Positions 1-9,948 of a DNA stretch of 31,089 bases are shown piece after piece (the stretch's first letter is position 1; every line of letters starts with the position of its first letter). The DNA lies in IMG/VR virus record IMGVR_UViG_3300044724_005098, positions 1 to 31,089 of that record, one strand, 5' to 3'. The notes beneath the pieces are model-generated. The model was not told the origin of the DNA. It saw nothing but the letters and a program-made list of their open reading frames with translations, and ran no database searches. A program made the position numbers and the translations under genes. The DNA is from a virus (taxonomy: Duplodnaviria; Caudoviricetes).

Positions 1-3000
1 ACAACAACAGATTCATGAGTGTTGTATTTATTAACCGCTTTGAACTTAAACGTCAGCATGTTGTTATGCTTGTAATGTGCACGATTAATATAATCGAAGT
101 TTGAAAAATTAGTAGATGGATTGATGTTCATGAACAGCTTCTGTTGCTGTGTTTGTTTCACCTTGACCACGCCGTTCATGTCAACCGTGATTGTGGTTGT
201 GTCATGTGCATCTGCATGTGGTGCTTGATATAACACCAACGCGTACGTTTCTTTAATGCTATCTACTTTGTACTCGCTAATAATATCAAATGTACACACA
301 GTATCAACATGTGTGTCGAGTTTTATTTGAGAAGAATCGGAAATGTAACTGTACAAATCCACACGGAACACCTGATTGTTCAATGTGTCATATTTTATCA
401 TGTACCTATCATCATATAACACCCATAAATTTTCTTGATGATCTAATTTTATGTTGTTTATTTTGGTGATGTTGGTGCCATCAAACACTTTACTCGCGAC
501 ATACTCATCAAGTGTGTTGTTTGTGAGATCATGTGAGTATATGTTTTTATTTTTGACAAAGTACAACTTGTTAGATCCTTGCTCATCTGTCACATGAGAT
601 GAACAAGCCATCTCCCCGGTCAAAACATATAAATTCTCATTACCAATTGGTGCATATACACTTGACCAATCTGTATCAGACTCTTCAGCATGTATATATT
701 TTGGTTTTGGATACGCTTCACTAAACGCCACAGCGGCTTCACCTGTCGCGGCAGGTGTTATACTAGGCTCAGTAGTTGAAAATGTCGTGGGTATTTCTGC
801 TTCTTCTGATTGTATTTTATATGCTCCCTCTGTGAGGGTGTTGGTATTTTCTGTGATGTGCCATTTGTTGTCTTCATAATACATGGCCGCTATGTTTCCT
901 TGTGTTTTTCTGTATACAGGCTTCCCGTTGAATGGCGGAGTGGTTGTGTCTCGTGTGTATAGACCATCGTAACCCGTGATATTTCTCGCTTGGTCATCAA
1001 GATTGTAAACAACACACCACTCGAAAAATGTCGGAGATAAATCAATATACTCACCAGTCGCGAACTCGAATCGACACACTGATGTCTCGTCCTGATGCAG
1101 TGTGTATATGAATGTTTCGGATTTGTTGACACCTGTGTATTCATTAACTGTGTTGATGGTTTTGATTGTGGAAGAAACGATCGCTTTTTTGAACAACACA
1201 CCCTGTTCTCTGATTGTGTACGAGTCTAGATTGTTACCATTAATATCGAATGTATTCACGGTCAGCACACCACTATTCGCAGATGTTGATGTTAAAATGG
1301 TCATACGATCCAATGGATCCTCTCGAACCAGGTGAACTGTCTTGTCTTGAAACTCTGAAGTGAGCGTGGTGTCATACATGGAACTATCAATTGTTCCTAT
1401 TACAACCGCATCTGAATTGGTTATTTTCACATCATCGTCGTCAACGAAGGTCAGGACAGGTGTTATCACGTGGTCATTCACCATGGCCAAGCCAGCGTTT
1501 GTGTAATTACCATATATCTGATGACCAAATTTTTCAGTCCAATCATCACTATGCAACCAGAAGCTCACACGAAAATCACCGTAAGCTGGGTATGGGGATT
1601 TGGTTTTACAATACTGATCACCGGGAAAATCATACACATTATAACCATCTATCTGAGGCACTGAAAGATCGGTGCGTGTACCATTATCATCTTTCACGTA
1701 TGTAGAAACATCTTGCTGTTCTAGTAGATTCGAGAACGTATCAATTATTTTTTTATTCTCTTTGTTACCAACATGGTAATATGCGTACTGCACACCGCGC
1801 TCCAGACGCAAATTACTAGGTATATCAAAATAGCTTTTGGCTGTGTCTGGTGAGTTTCTCCCGGCATCCATAGCATCAACCATCGAGTCAAAACAGTTTG
1901 GTTCTTTTGACATTATTTGGTTTTCGGAAAATAGCTTATCATCATAATATCTATCCATCCAGACCGGACCATAAGTTTTTTCATAAATGTCACTACCTGG
2001 CACTGCCATCAACCATGAGCACAGCCAGGTACCATAGTGACTATCACCGGCTCCGCCTTTGTTACCATACAAACCAGCATCACCCCATGGAGTGTAATAT
2101 CGGTAATTTGCTCTTTTCTTGAAAATCTTGTCAGAATTTACCGGACTGTTACCTGCAATCGCACCAGCTCGGATCAAACCGACAAAATCTTCGTATTCGT
2201 AACCATATGTTTTTGGAGCCGCAACTGGTAATTTTGTCATGGGATACTGTTCCGGGTATTCCGCCACTCTTCTGTAATTTATATTCATCCATGTGAATGG
2301 CTTCATTATGTTTGGCATGTGAAAATATGTTATCTGATCGCTTTTTAGGGTGATCTTATCAACATAGCTCGTGTAATTTATCAGCAATTTATCATCACCT
2401 GTTATTTGATTCATGCCGCTGTTTAATTTATGATATGTTCGGAAATCAACATTTTTACGGCTGATAAAATCAAGGCAAAATTCACCAGCGGTACCGGTAG
2501 AGTGTGGGCTATTTTCACACTGATCACCATACGGTGTTAGTTGATTTTTGAGAGGTATCAGATTCACATCTAACTCATTATCCACAACATTGTAAAATTG
2601 CGAGCATGTTAAATAATTGTTTTGTAGATATGTGTATGTGTTAGTATAATACTCGCGATTGATGTCCTGGTAAATACGTGCTTTCGTCTGGTCCACGTTC
2701 ACAGTGTTTTGATTTAAAATGCCACTATCGTATTTACACCACATCGTATCAACCGCTCGAGATATACTTGATGCTGGGTTTTTAACACTATCAACACGAA
2801 TACGTATTATCGATTTAATAGCTAGTGTCTTACCTTGCTCCGCAACGACTTGTTCTCCAGCCAAATAAGGGGAGGAAATCCGACCGGTGGCATTGTCCAC
2901 AACACCTTGATGTGTGATCCACGTGGTGGTACCATCAGCTAGCTTTTTCCTCAATGATAGATAACCAGAATTCGTATCAATAATGTATTGAAAAACCTGA

Positions 3001-3683
3001 TCATCATACGGGCTATAATCAACACGCCCAAGCGGTGTTGTGTTGTAACCAGCTCCGTTAACACCTGTGTATTCACCGGTGAATTTTTTAAATTCGCAAC
3101 GAGCTGTTGGATCATCCATATTAGAATATGTGAGTGCTGTTCTCACGTATGAATCATCGTGATACACACGGCAATGCTCTTTATCCAACAACTCAACATG
3201 AAACAAGCGAGTGTTTGGTACATTTGTATATTGTATGATTGGTGTGTAAACATCTTCATCACTGATGGTGTAAGATCGATCAGTTATACTATCCGTTTCA
3301 AGCTCTTCGATGGTCAAATAGTGTATACCAGCGAACGTTCCAGGGTATTTCCATCTAGGATTGTCGGGTTTCACATCATCTAGATTGAAAAACGCGGCGA
3401 TATGATCAGCGAAAATCATATATGTAGTGAAAATGTATGGGTATATCTTGCTAGAATTGGGTGGCTCTACTCTGAAGAGATGTTTGGTGTATTTTTTATT
3501 GGTCAGTGTCAACACAGAATGATTGTTTATCTTGACATCTGTGGGTGATCTGTTCGCGTCATTTATTTCGAGTTGAAGACCTTGCATGCTCAGCCGGCGG
3601 CCATCTATTTTCAAGGAATCATCATTTGTGTATGTTTGCTTGAGTGGTTTTACCACATCTCCAGAAATTGTATGTTTTTTCAT
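1..3683 (-). CDS. Large virion structural protein (baseplate/fibre-associated), 3'-truncated by the window edge, >1227 aa; missing from the supplied ORF track
   Basis: Manual translation from ATG at 3683 (MKKHTISGDVVKPLKQTYTNDDSLKIDG...) found no stop codon down to position 1. The start lies 4 nt after the TAG of the 1803-aa gene. It contains a LamG-like stretch (DFPGDQY...DFRVSFWLHSDDW...HQIYGNY) and a beta-propeller-like stretch (IKLDHQENLWVLYDD). Confidence 0.85.
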   Translation of the reverse strand, partial: MKKHTISGDVVKPLKQTYTNDDSLKIDGRRLSMQGLQLEINDANRSPTDVKINNHSVLTLTNKKYTKHLFRVEPPNSSKIYPYIFTTYMIFADHIAAFFNLDDVKPDNPRWKYPGTFAGIHYLTIEELETDSITDRSYTISDEDVYTPIIQYTNVPNTRLFHVELLDKEHCRVYHDDSYVRTALTYSNMDDPTARCEFKKFTGEYTGVNGAGYNTTPLGRVDYSPYDDQVFQYIIDTNSGYLSLRKKLADGTTTWITHQGVVDNATGRISSPYLAGEQVVAEQGKTLAIKSIIRIRVDSVKNPASSISRAVDTMWCKYDSGILNQNTVNVDQTKARIYQDINREYYTNTYTYLQNNYLTCSQFYNVVDNELDVNLIPLKNQLTPYGDQCENSPHSTGTAGEFCLDFISRKNVDFRTYHKLNSGMNQITGDDKLLINYTSYVDKITLKSDQITYFHMPNIMKPFTWMNINYRRVAEYPEQYPMTKLPVAAPKTYGYEYEDFVGLIRAGAIAGNSPVNSDKIFKKRANYRYYTPWGDAGLYGNKGGAGDSHYGTWLCSWLMAVPGSDIYEKTYGPVWMDRYYDDKLFSENQIMSKEPNCFDSMVDAMDAGRNSPDTAKSYFDIPSNLRLERGVQYAYYHVGNKENKKIIDTFSNLLEQQDVSTYVKDDNGTRTDLSVPQIDGYNVYDFPGDQYCKTKSPYPAYGDFRVSFWLHSDDWTEKFGHQIYGNYTNAGLAMVNDHVITPVLTFVDDDDVKITNSDAVVIGTIDSSMYDTTLTSEFQDKTVHLVREDPLDRMTILTSTSANSGVLTVNTFDINGNNLDSYTIREQGVLFKKAIVSSTIKTINTVNEYTGVNKSETFIYTLHQDETSVCRFEFATGEYIDLSPTFFEWCVVYNLDDQARNITGYDGLYTRDTTTPPFNGKPVYRKTQGNIAAMYYEDNKWHITENTNTLTEGAYKIQSEEAEIPTTFSTTEPSITPAATGEAAVAFSEAYPKPKYIHAEESDTDWSSVYAPIGNENLYVLTGEMACSSHVTDEQGSNKLYFVKNKNIYSHDLTNNTLDEYVASKVFDGTNITKINNIKLDHQENLWVLYDDRYMIKYDTLNNQVFRVDLYSYISDSSQIKLDTHVDTVCTFDIISEYKVDSIKETYALVLYQAPHADAHDTTTITVDMNGVVKVKQTQQQKLFMNINPSTNFSNFDYINRAHYKHNNMLTFKFKAVNKYNTHESVV

Positions 3684-3687
3684 ATGT

Positions 3688-6600
3688 CTACATGTCAATG
3701 ACGTTATGTACAACATAACGCGGTGACTGCGTTTCAAGTGTTAGTAAGAGTTGTTCTTTTTTCTGCAGCGACGTGGTCAATCTTGTGTCGGTTATAGATA
3801 TGTATGTCGGGGCCTGATGTTTATACTCATGTGTGTCTGGTAGTGAATACGCGACTCCCCATTTGTGAGCTAGATATCCTTCCATTTTCTCACGTAGTTC
3901 TGGCGATAAAACGCGATTAAATATGACAACTTCCGCGATCGATCCGCGCCACCCTCTGTTACCTATATCACGATCAGTACCAACACACAACCCTGTTTGA
4001 TTTGGTGATGGTGTTGAAGCTGACAACACGAATCCTGTTTGCATGGTGGGTAGCACGTATGAGCCGTCGGACTCAACACTGTTTATATATAATTTGTCCC
4101 ACCAGTGAGTTCGCCAGAGATCCAGTGGATCACCACCAGGTAAATCAGTGATTACCCCGATGTCGTCATTACTACTCTGGTTACTACCACCCAACAATCC
4201 CACTATCCCACTTGTGTCTCCAGCCCTCGTCAGGTCACCATCGTATCGAGCCACTATATACACATCATACCACGTCGCGGGATCCGGGCTGTTGGTTATC
4301 AAGCCCCGGGAATTTTCATCCTCACCCCAGTCTAACACGTTCAAACCATTGAGTGTGTAGCTACCTGAAGTTGGCCTGCGAGATGAGTTCGGTTGTGTTA
4401 TTGCGTATGAAGATGTGTTTCTTGTGTCCTCCCAAGATGATACATTGCTCGAACCATCCAGTGTTAATGATGCGGTGTTTGAAGCGTCTAACCACACAGC
4501 TAAATCGACATTTGTGTCTGGATCCATCTCTGGGGTCCATAAAGGCAATGTTTGAGTCGCTAGTGTGTTTATTTCTTGTACAGGTGTGAATAATTTGGTT
4601 GACAAAAGCTTGATGTCACGAATAGTGTCTCCAATGCTATACTCATTGGACTGTATTTTGAATTGCTTGCGGTAAATTGTTGTGTTGTCGTTGTAGTAAG
4701 CTGTTACCAACACATTATACACTTCATCTCCAAGTATGTTGTATGTGTGTGTCACTTTGTGATTGGATACAGACGCATCGCTCACAGCCGCGGACCCATC
4801 CGAGTGTTGTCCGGTGTAAATAACAGTTTTATCTGATAGTATTGTTGCGGATTGCCCATTCACCGTGGATCCTCCGTAGCGCTGGAATGATCCTTTGAGA
4901 TTGGAGCTCTCGAACTGGCTCCAGAGCGTGGATATCTCTCCATCACCCCAATCGATGTCAACATACAGTAAATCCAGCTCTTTGCTCAAGGTACTACTGG
5001 TACCTACTAGATTCTGAAGCTTCAACGTGAATGCAAATTCAGAATTTTGAGCTTGTATGGTTTCTTCGACTGGTCGTTCTTCATATTGTAGTGTCTGTTC
5101 CAGTTGCTGCACACCAGCACTGGAAAAATCTGTTGTTATGTAGAAATCCGTACTCTTCAACTCAACAATTCCGTTTTTCATGAACAGTTTTGTGTTGAAA
5201 ATGGTCAACAATGGTGGTTCACCGGTGGTTTGATCATCCAACCTACCAATGTATGTTATGGTGTAGTGGTCCGTCTCTGGATTGAATGATATCTCTCCAG
5301 GATCTAGAGATGTTAACACATAAGGTGCGGGTATTTCGAAATTTGTTAAAATGTTATCATGCTCACCGCTGACAGGGAATACTCGTTTCCATTGTTGTGT
5401 GTTCAAATCAAGTTCATCCAACACAGGTAACAAATACTGACCAACACCATCAGTTTTTCCAACCAATATGGTGTTTGTCTCCTCATTATAAAATGGTGAC
5501 AACAATTGCTGAGCGGTGCTGCTAAGTGCCGCGGTTACTAGATGCGTGTTCCTATCACCGCTTGTGGTGGTATCAGTGTCAAAATCGTATGTGATTTGAT
5601 CAAACAACCACACATCATCGGTAGGTGTTTGTTGTCGCAACATGACAATATCATGCACGATATCGAAATCTGTGAAACTCTTGTCGAAACTTATATCATA
5701 TTGTGCAGCTGTATCAACCAAGCCAGGGAACAATTCATCAATTGTACCAATTTTATTACCGGGTGCGTTGCGATAAAACAGGTTCAATGGCTGTGATGAA
5801 TCGCTCATGACTGGTTGGTGTTTTTGGATCCAGAGACTTTCTGCTGGTTCAACAAAACATGAATCACCAGCGTCACTTGATCTCTTGACGAGTTGTGCGA
5901 TGTGAGCAAATGGTACTGTTGAAGCCTCAGCGGTTGCTGGGCAGGGATTTGCAACTGGTTCCACGATTGTCACATCATAACGTGAATAACTACCGCAACT
6001 AATCACTATAGATGTGCCAGGTCCTGTACCGGTTCCTGGTGGTAACACAATACCAACCCCCGGTCCACCATCACCAGTCACAGGAAAACATGTTGTCTCT
6101 CCGTTCACAACCTCGGTTCTCCATCCGATCTGATTAGGTTCAGTGAATACACCACATCCAGCTCCGGGATTTTCAGGGCCAGGTACTACAGGTACTGGTA
6201 TCTCTGGTGGTGGAGCATCTGGTGGACCGATCGGTGCTGGTTCTACAAACTCTGTATCTACTAATCCTGGTCTGGCTCCAAAACCACCAGCGTCCCATAC
6301 ATCATGCACTAGAAAGCCATCAGAACCGGTGCCGCGATCAGTTTCCGATAAAAAATTATCCAAAATTGGCTTGTCTTCACCTTGTTGGCCGCCGACACCG
6401 ATTGGATGTGTTTGCTGGCGGCGAAGATGACCAACCGGGGGAGGAAAATAACCTCTTTTGCTTCTGTACACCTTACCTCGTTCAGAAACCATCGGGTGTG
6501 TGTTGTTCACTTGACGATTTAGTGTTAGCTCTGTCTTGGCTCGTGCGTTGTTGCGTTCATCACACATCAATAACACGCTGTCAAAAAATTGATATTCACA

Positions 6601-9099
6601 CACGTTGTTACAATTCAACCCAAGATAATATGTAACGTTGTTACCATCCAGTGGTATGTTGAGATCTCTATTGTTTGCCCCGGATTGAGTAGTTATATCC
6701 CACGGTATCTGTGGAAATTGTGTGGCTTTGTTTCCTCCGACTTTTACAGTGTCTCTCGCTAGCTGACCGTACATATCATCCAGCACGATTTGACCATCTG
6801 TAAATGCTTCAGGGCGAATCCACGACAAAGATCCGGAAACTTGACTATACTCTGTACCATCCGTGAAAGTTCCTTGATGCTTGTAATATAAGAGATCAGG
6901 GTGACCATATATACCAGCTCGTGTACCTTGCTCGTGTGATGTCTCGTCAAAAAATGAGTGTGTTGTTGTGTCTCCATCTATTGTCCAGGAACCAGAGCCT
7001 TCAATTGGTGATATTCTCATCAGAAACGCTTCATATTCGGTCAAGTAATCGAACAATATGTCTGACATACCATCTGCCTGTAACTGAGCTTTTGTACCAG
7101 CATAATTGATTGTTGGTATACCGTTCACTCTATAATCTATAGGGTTATAATGTTCGGTGAAATTCAATGGACCACGCCATTTAGCATACGCATAATCCTG
7201 AACCCATTGTGGTGATACTTCACCCGGTGGTGTATTATATCTGTTACTGTACCATGTACGTGCTGTGGAACTACCAACATATGACCGTGCATTGAGTGTG
7301 ATTCTATACATCTTACATGCAAATATATTGTTACCGAAATCCGGTTCTGCATCGTCATATAATGTCAACACATACGATTGTCTGTCACACTGTTGACGTT
7401 TAAACGTGGCTCCAGCGGTGGTTGGACTTGAACCGTTTTGATACCACCCACCATCAGCCACGATCATTCGATGATTATCTTCATTTTCCTCACGAGTAGT
7501 TGTGCTTCTATACGCAGTGTCTCCATTTTGACCAAATGACACTGTGAAATTACATTTGTCTGGTTCGCTACAATTAACAGGTAAGATCGAAATTCGGGGA
7601 AATGCCCGGTAATCCTCTAGAGGCTCGGCATTATTGTTGGTGCCATTCACGTATGCATAGTTCGGAAACCACGTGGCATCATCATTAACTGGATCGAAGC
7701 TACCACTATCAGCAGCATATGCTGCTTCATCGTAAAACCCGTTCAATGTGCCTGTCGGTGTGACATCAACTTGATTCGCACTCGCATTATCACTAGGATC
7801 CCACACACGCCACCCACCGTCAATTATGGTTGTTATACCACCACCATCTGTGTCTAGTTTGACCGCGGAAACCGAATCTGAAAATGATCCACCGCCATTC
7901 AACCAATAGTTACATGTTGTGATATTAACATCACCTGTTTCATCTGAAAACTCATAATCAAAATAGTCATTACCACCATCCGTTGTTTCGCCTGTTTCAT
8001 CCACTTGCCGATCACCATCATCAATCGATCCACCCGTGTCCAATCCAGTGTTACCTAGACCATTACCTCCACCAGCTGTGCCTGTCTCGGTGAACACAGG
8101 CTCCACACCGCCATCATCACCATAATAATCAGGAGTACCAAGCCCGGATCTTATATCGTCATCAATACCATCACCATCTGTGTCTGATCCACCGGCCGGA
8201 TTTTTCGGATTCTCTGTACCGAGTTTGAACATGACATAATGATTACCATAAACATCGGTTTTGTTTTTGTATGGTATATCACAAAAATCAGACAACAGAT
8301 CAGTACCTCGAGTGATCAAATCATATTTGTTTGCTTCTGTAAGCGGATATATATCAGCATTAGCCCATATCTCACCAGTTGGCGACCCGGCCCAGAAATC
8401 GAAATTGTCTGTGTATCTACTCACACCAAACTGTGGCGCGCCTAATGTTTGTTCGATTGATGTATAACCGTTGTACAATGGCATTTTCACAGAACCTCTG
8501 ATCCGACCCTGTGCACCCACAATAACAGGAGGTGATTGAATCCATGAAAGATCTTCCACATGATCAACAGGATTGTCAGCTTCGCTCACACCAGCACCAA
8601 AACCACTACCATATATGGTAGGATCCGCCAAAACATACACCTGTCCGGGGGAGATTTTTTCGGTCAAAATGACATGCTTGTGAGAGAAGCTTGCGTATGT
8701 CAGAGGCGTGGTGTGTTTAGGTAAGAAAAATCTACCAATCTGTTCCTCTGTTAATCTTTCCGCATGCGGTATGTTGTTCACCGTCGGATTGTTTATGTTG
8801 AGTAAATTCCTTGCCGGATTTTCTGGTGTTACGAGTGTACCTGTTGTGTAACTACCGGGAGTGGATCCACCTGATACATAAATTAGATCATTACCAATAA
8901 ACTGACTTGCTCCAATTAGTTGTTGATGTTCATTGAGTGTGTCTCTAGATGCAGTGTAATTTGAAAATGCGGAAAGAGGTAATTGATCCACACTTGTCAC
9001 ACCTCTTTTTTCCAAGAGAGCGGAAACCGCGGTATCTACATCAATACCGAATACCGGGTCATACTCATGTGGCTTGAAATCATCAGGTGTTGGGTTCAC
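3688..9099 (-). CDS. 1803-aa modular baseplate/receptor-binding structural protein with PKD-like and C-terminal LamG/ConA-like domains
   Basis: Long ORF with a GTG start 6 nt after a perfect TATAAATA. It has an acidic DTDGDGIDDD motif, a Pro-rich linker, a DIDWGDG...THTY (PKD-like) segment and WLDAS...VSSW.D...GSIAEVVIFNRVLS...EGYLAHKWG (LamG-like). It lies downstream of the gp6/gp7-like wedge genes. Confidence 0.7.
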   Translation of the reverse strand: MNPTPDDFKPHEYDPVFGIDVDTAVSALLEKRGVTSVDQLPLSAFSNYTASRDTLNEHQQLIGASQFIGNDLIYVSGGSTPGSYTTGTLVTPENPARNLLNINNPTVNNIPHAERLTEEQIGRFFLPKHTTPLTYASFSHKHVILTEKISPGQVYVLADPTIYGSGFGAGVSEADNPVDHVEDLSWIQSPPVIVGAQGRIRGSVKMPLYNGYTSIEQTLGAPQFGVSRYTDNFDFWAGSPTGEIWANADIYPLTEANKYDLITRGTDLLSDFCDIPYKNKTDVYGNHYVMFKLGTENPKNPAGGSDTDGDGIDDDIRSGLGTPDYYGDDGGVEPVFTETGTAGGGNGLGNTGLDTGGSIDDGDRQVDETGETTDGGNDYFDYEFSDETGDVNITTCNYWLNGGGSFSDSVSAVKLDTDGGGITTIIDGGWRVWDPSDNASANQVDVTPTGTLNGFYDEAAYAADSGSFDPVNDDATWFPNYAYVNGTNNNAEPLEDYRAFPRISILPVNCSEPDKCNFTVSFGQNGDTAYRSTTTREENEDNHRMIVADGGWYQNGSSPTTAGATFKRQQCDRQSYVLTLYDDAEPDFGNNIFACKMYRITLNARSYVGSSTARTWYSNRYNTPPGEVSPQWVQDYAYAKWRGPLNFTEHYNPIDYRVNGIPTINYAGTKAQLQADGMSDILFDYLTEYEAFLMRISPIEGSGSWTIDGDTTTHSFFDETSHEQGTRAGIYGHPDLLYYKHQGTFTDGTEYSQVSGSLSWIRPEAFTDGQIVLDDMYGQLARDTVKVGGNKATQFPQIPWDITTQSGANNRDLNIPLDGNNVTYYLGLNCNNVCEYQFFDSVLLMCDERNNARAKTELTLNRQVNNTHPMVSERGKVYRSKRGYFPPPVGHLRRQQTHPIGVGGQQGEDKPILDNFLSETDRGTGSDGFLVHDVWDAGGFGARPGLVDTEFVEPAPIGPPDAPPPEIPVPVVPGPENPGAGCGVFTEPNQIGWRTEVVNGETTCFPVTGDGGPGVGIVLPPGTGTGPGTSIVISCGSYSRYDVTIVEPVANPCPATAEASTVPFAHIAQLVKRSSDAGDSCFVEPAESLWIQKHQPVMSDSSQPLNLFYRNAPGNKIGTIDELFPGLVDTAAQYDISFDKSFTDFDIVHDIVMLRQQTPTDDVWLFDQITYDFDTDTTTSGDRNTHLVTAALSSTAQQLLSPFYNEETNTILVGKTDGVGQYLLPVLDELDLNTQQWKRVFPVSGEHDNILTNFEIPAPYVLTSLDPGEISFNPETDHYTITYIGRLDDQTTGEPPLLTIFNTKLFMKNGIVELKSTDFYITTDFSSAGVQQLEQTLQYEERPVEETIQAQNSEFAFTLKLQNLVGTSSTLSKELDLLYVDIDWGDGEISTLWSQFESSNLKGSFQRYGGSTVNGQSATILSDKTVIYTGQHSDGSAAVSDASVSNHKVTHTYNILGDEVYNVLVTAYYNDNTTIYRKQFKIQSNEYSIGDTIRDIKLLSTKLFTPVQEINTLATQTLPLWTPEMDPDTNVDLAVWLDASNTASLTLDGSSNVSSWEDTRNTSSYAITQPNSSRRPTSGSYTLNGLNVLDWGEDENSRGLITNSPDPATWYDVYIVARYDGDLTRAGDTSGIVGLLGGSNQSSNDDIGVITDLPGGDPLDLWRTHWWDKLYINSVESDGSYVLPTMQTGFVLSASTPSPNQTGLCVGTDRDIGNRGWRGSIAEVVIFNRVLSPELREKMEGYLAHKWGVAYSLPDTHEYKHQAPTYISITDTRLTTSLQKKEQLLLTLETQSPRYVVHNVIDM

Positions 9100-9105
9100 T
9101 ATAAT

Positions 9106-9113
9106 TATTTATA
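9106..9113 (-). promoter_or_regulatory. T4-type late promoter TATAAATA
   Basis: Minus strand reads TATAAATA-ATTATA-GTG, a perfect match to the T4 gp55 consensus 6 nt before the start. Confidence 0.8.
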
Positions 9114-9134
9114 CCGGGTAATGGTTATATAAAC

Positions 9135-9947
9135 TCAATAACTGGTACTATTTGTAGTAGTCGCAACAGGATTAACAGCTATAGCTGTCGATGTAGTGTT
9201 GACTGATGTCGCAAGCTGTACTAGCGTGTTGTGAGGTTCATCTGTATGCGTTTTACCCTCCATGTACAACACTCGACCATCCTCGTGATAATGCTTGTGA
9301 TAATAACCGGTATATATGATACCACTCTGTGTTAAAAATTCTCCTCCAGGGGTGTATTTGTATGATGTGTCATGGTATGATTGATTTAAATCGTATAATT
9401 CTTTGATTAAAATCTTGGTTTTATTTATTGTGGTGTTTAACGCGGGAGATTTTATATAAACAGCGTATCTCACCAGATCATCATATATCGCTCTTTCTAT
9501 ACCGTGTGGTGTACCTTTCCAACTGTGTCTTTCTTTTTGAAATGTTACTTGATGTCTATTTTGATACACATTTTCTATTATTTCACGTATGCGTAGCGCA
9601 TAAAAAGACAGGGCCGCATCAATTTCTAGGTCATTCTCCAGGTTAACGTTTGATAAAAATCTACGCTCTTCTGCTGTTGTGTAATTTAATGACAACTCCT
9701 TAAGAAAGCGGATGTACACTTGTTTGATACTCAGATTGTTCTTCTGTGTTGTTTGATTGGATACGGTCCTCCACACTTTCAAATAATCATTGTACTGTTG
9801 TACTCTCACATCTGCAGATCCAGTGTTTGATGTGCGATCCAACCACTCTAACAGCGTGTAAGGAGCGGTAATATCATCAAATGTTGTTGATCGGGAGTTT
9901 GTCACGCTGTTCAACACAGCGGTATCAGAAAATCTTAATGTTTTCAT
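9135..9947 (-). CDS. Putative baseplate wedge protein (gp7/P2 gpI-like segment) with His-rich C-terminal module
   Basis: 270 aa. The WKGTPHGIERAI segment resembles the KGT motif of gp7/gpI-type wedge proteins. Start is 1 nt after the upstream TGA. Confidence 0.45.
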   Translation of the reverse strand: MKTLRFSDTAVLNSVTNSRSTTFDDITAPYTLLEWLDRTSNTGSADVRVQQYNDYLKVWRTVSNQTTQKNNLSIKQVYIRFLKELSLNYTTAEERRFLSNVNLENDLEIDAALSFYALRIREIIENVYQNRHQVTFQKERHSWKGTPHGIERAIYDDLVRYAVYIKSPALNTTINKTKILIKELYDLNQSYHDTSYKYTPGGEFLTQSGIIYTGYYHKHYHEDGRVLYMEGKTHTDEPHNTLVQLATSVNTTSTAIAVNPVATTTNSTSY

Positions 9948-9948
9948 A

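Noticed and set aside
1-3683. Apparent non-coding or recoded region (only short ORFs in the track), suggesting stop-codon reassignment or pseudogenes
   Set aside because: A single minus-strand frame is open from 3683 to the edge in the standard code and was probably omitted from the track for lack of a stop. TAG (3688, 18251), TGA and TAA all act as normal stops elsewhere.
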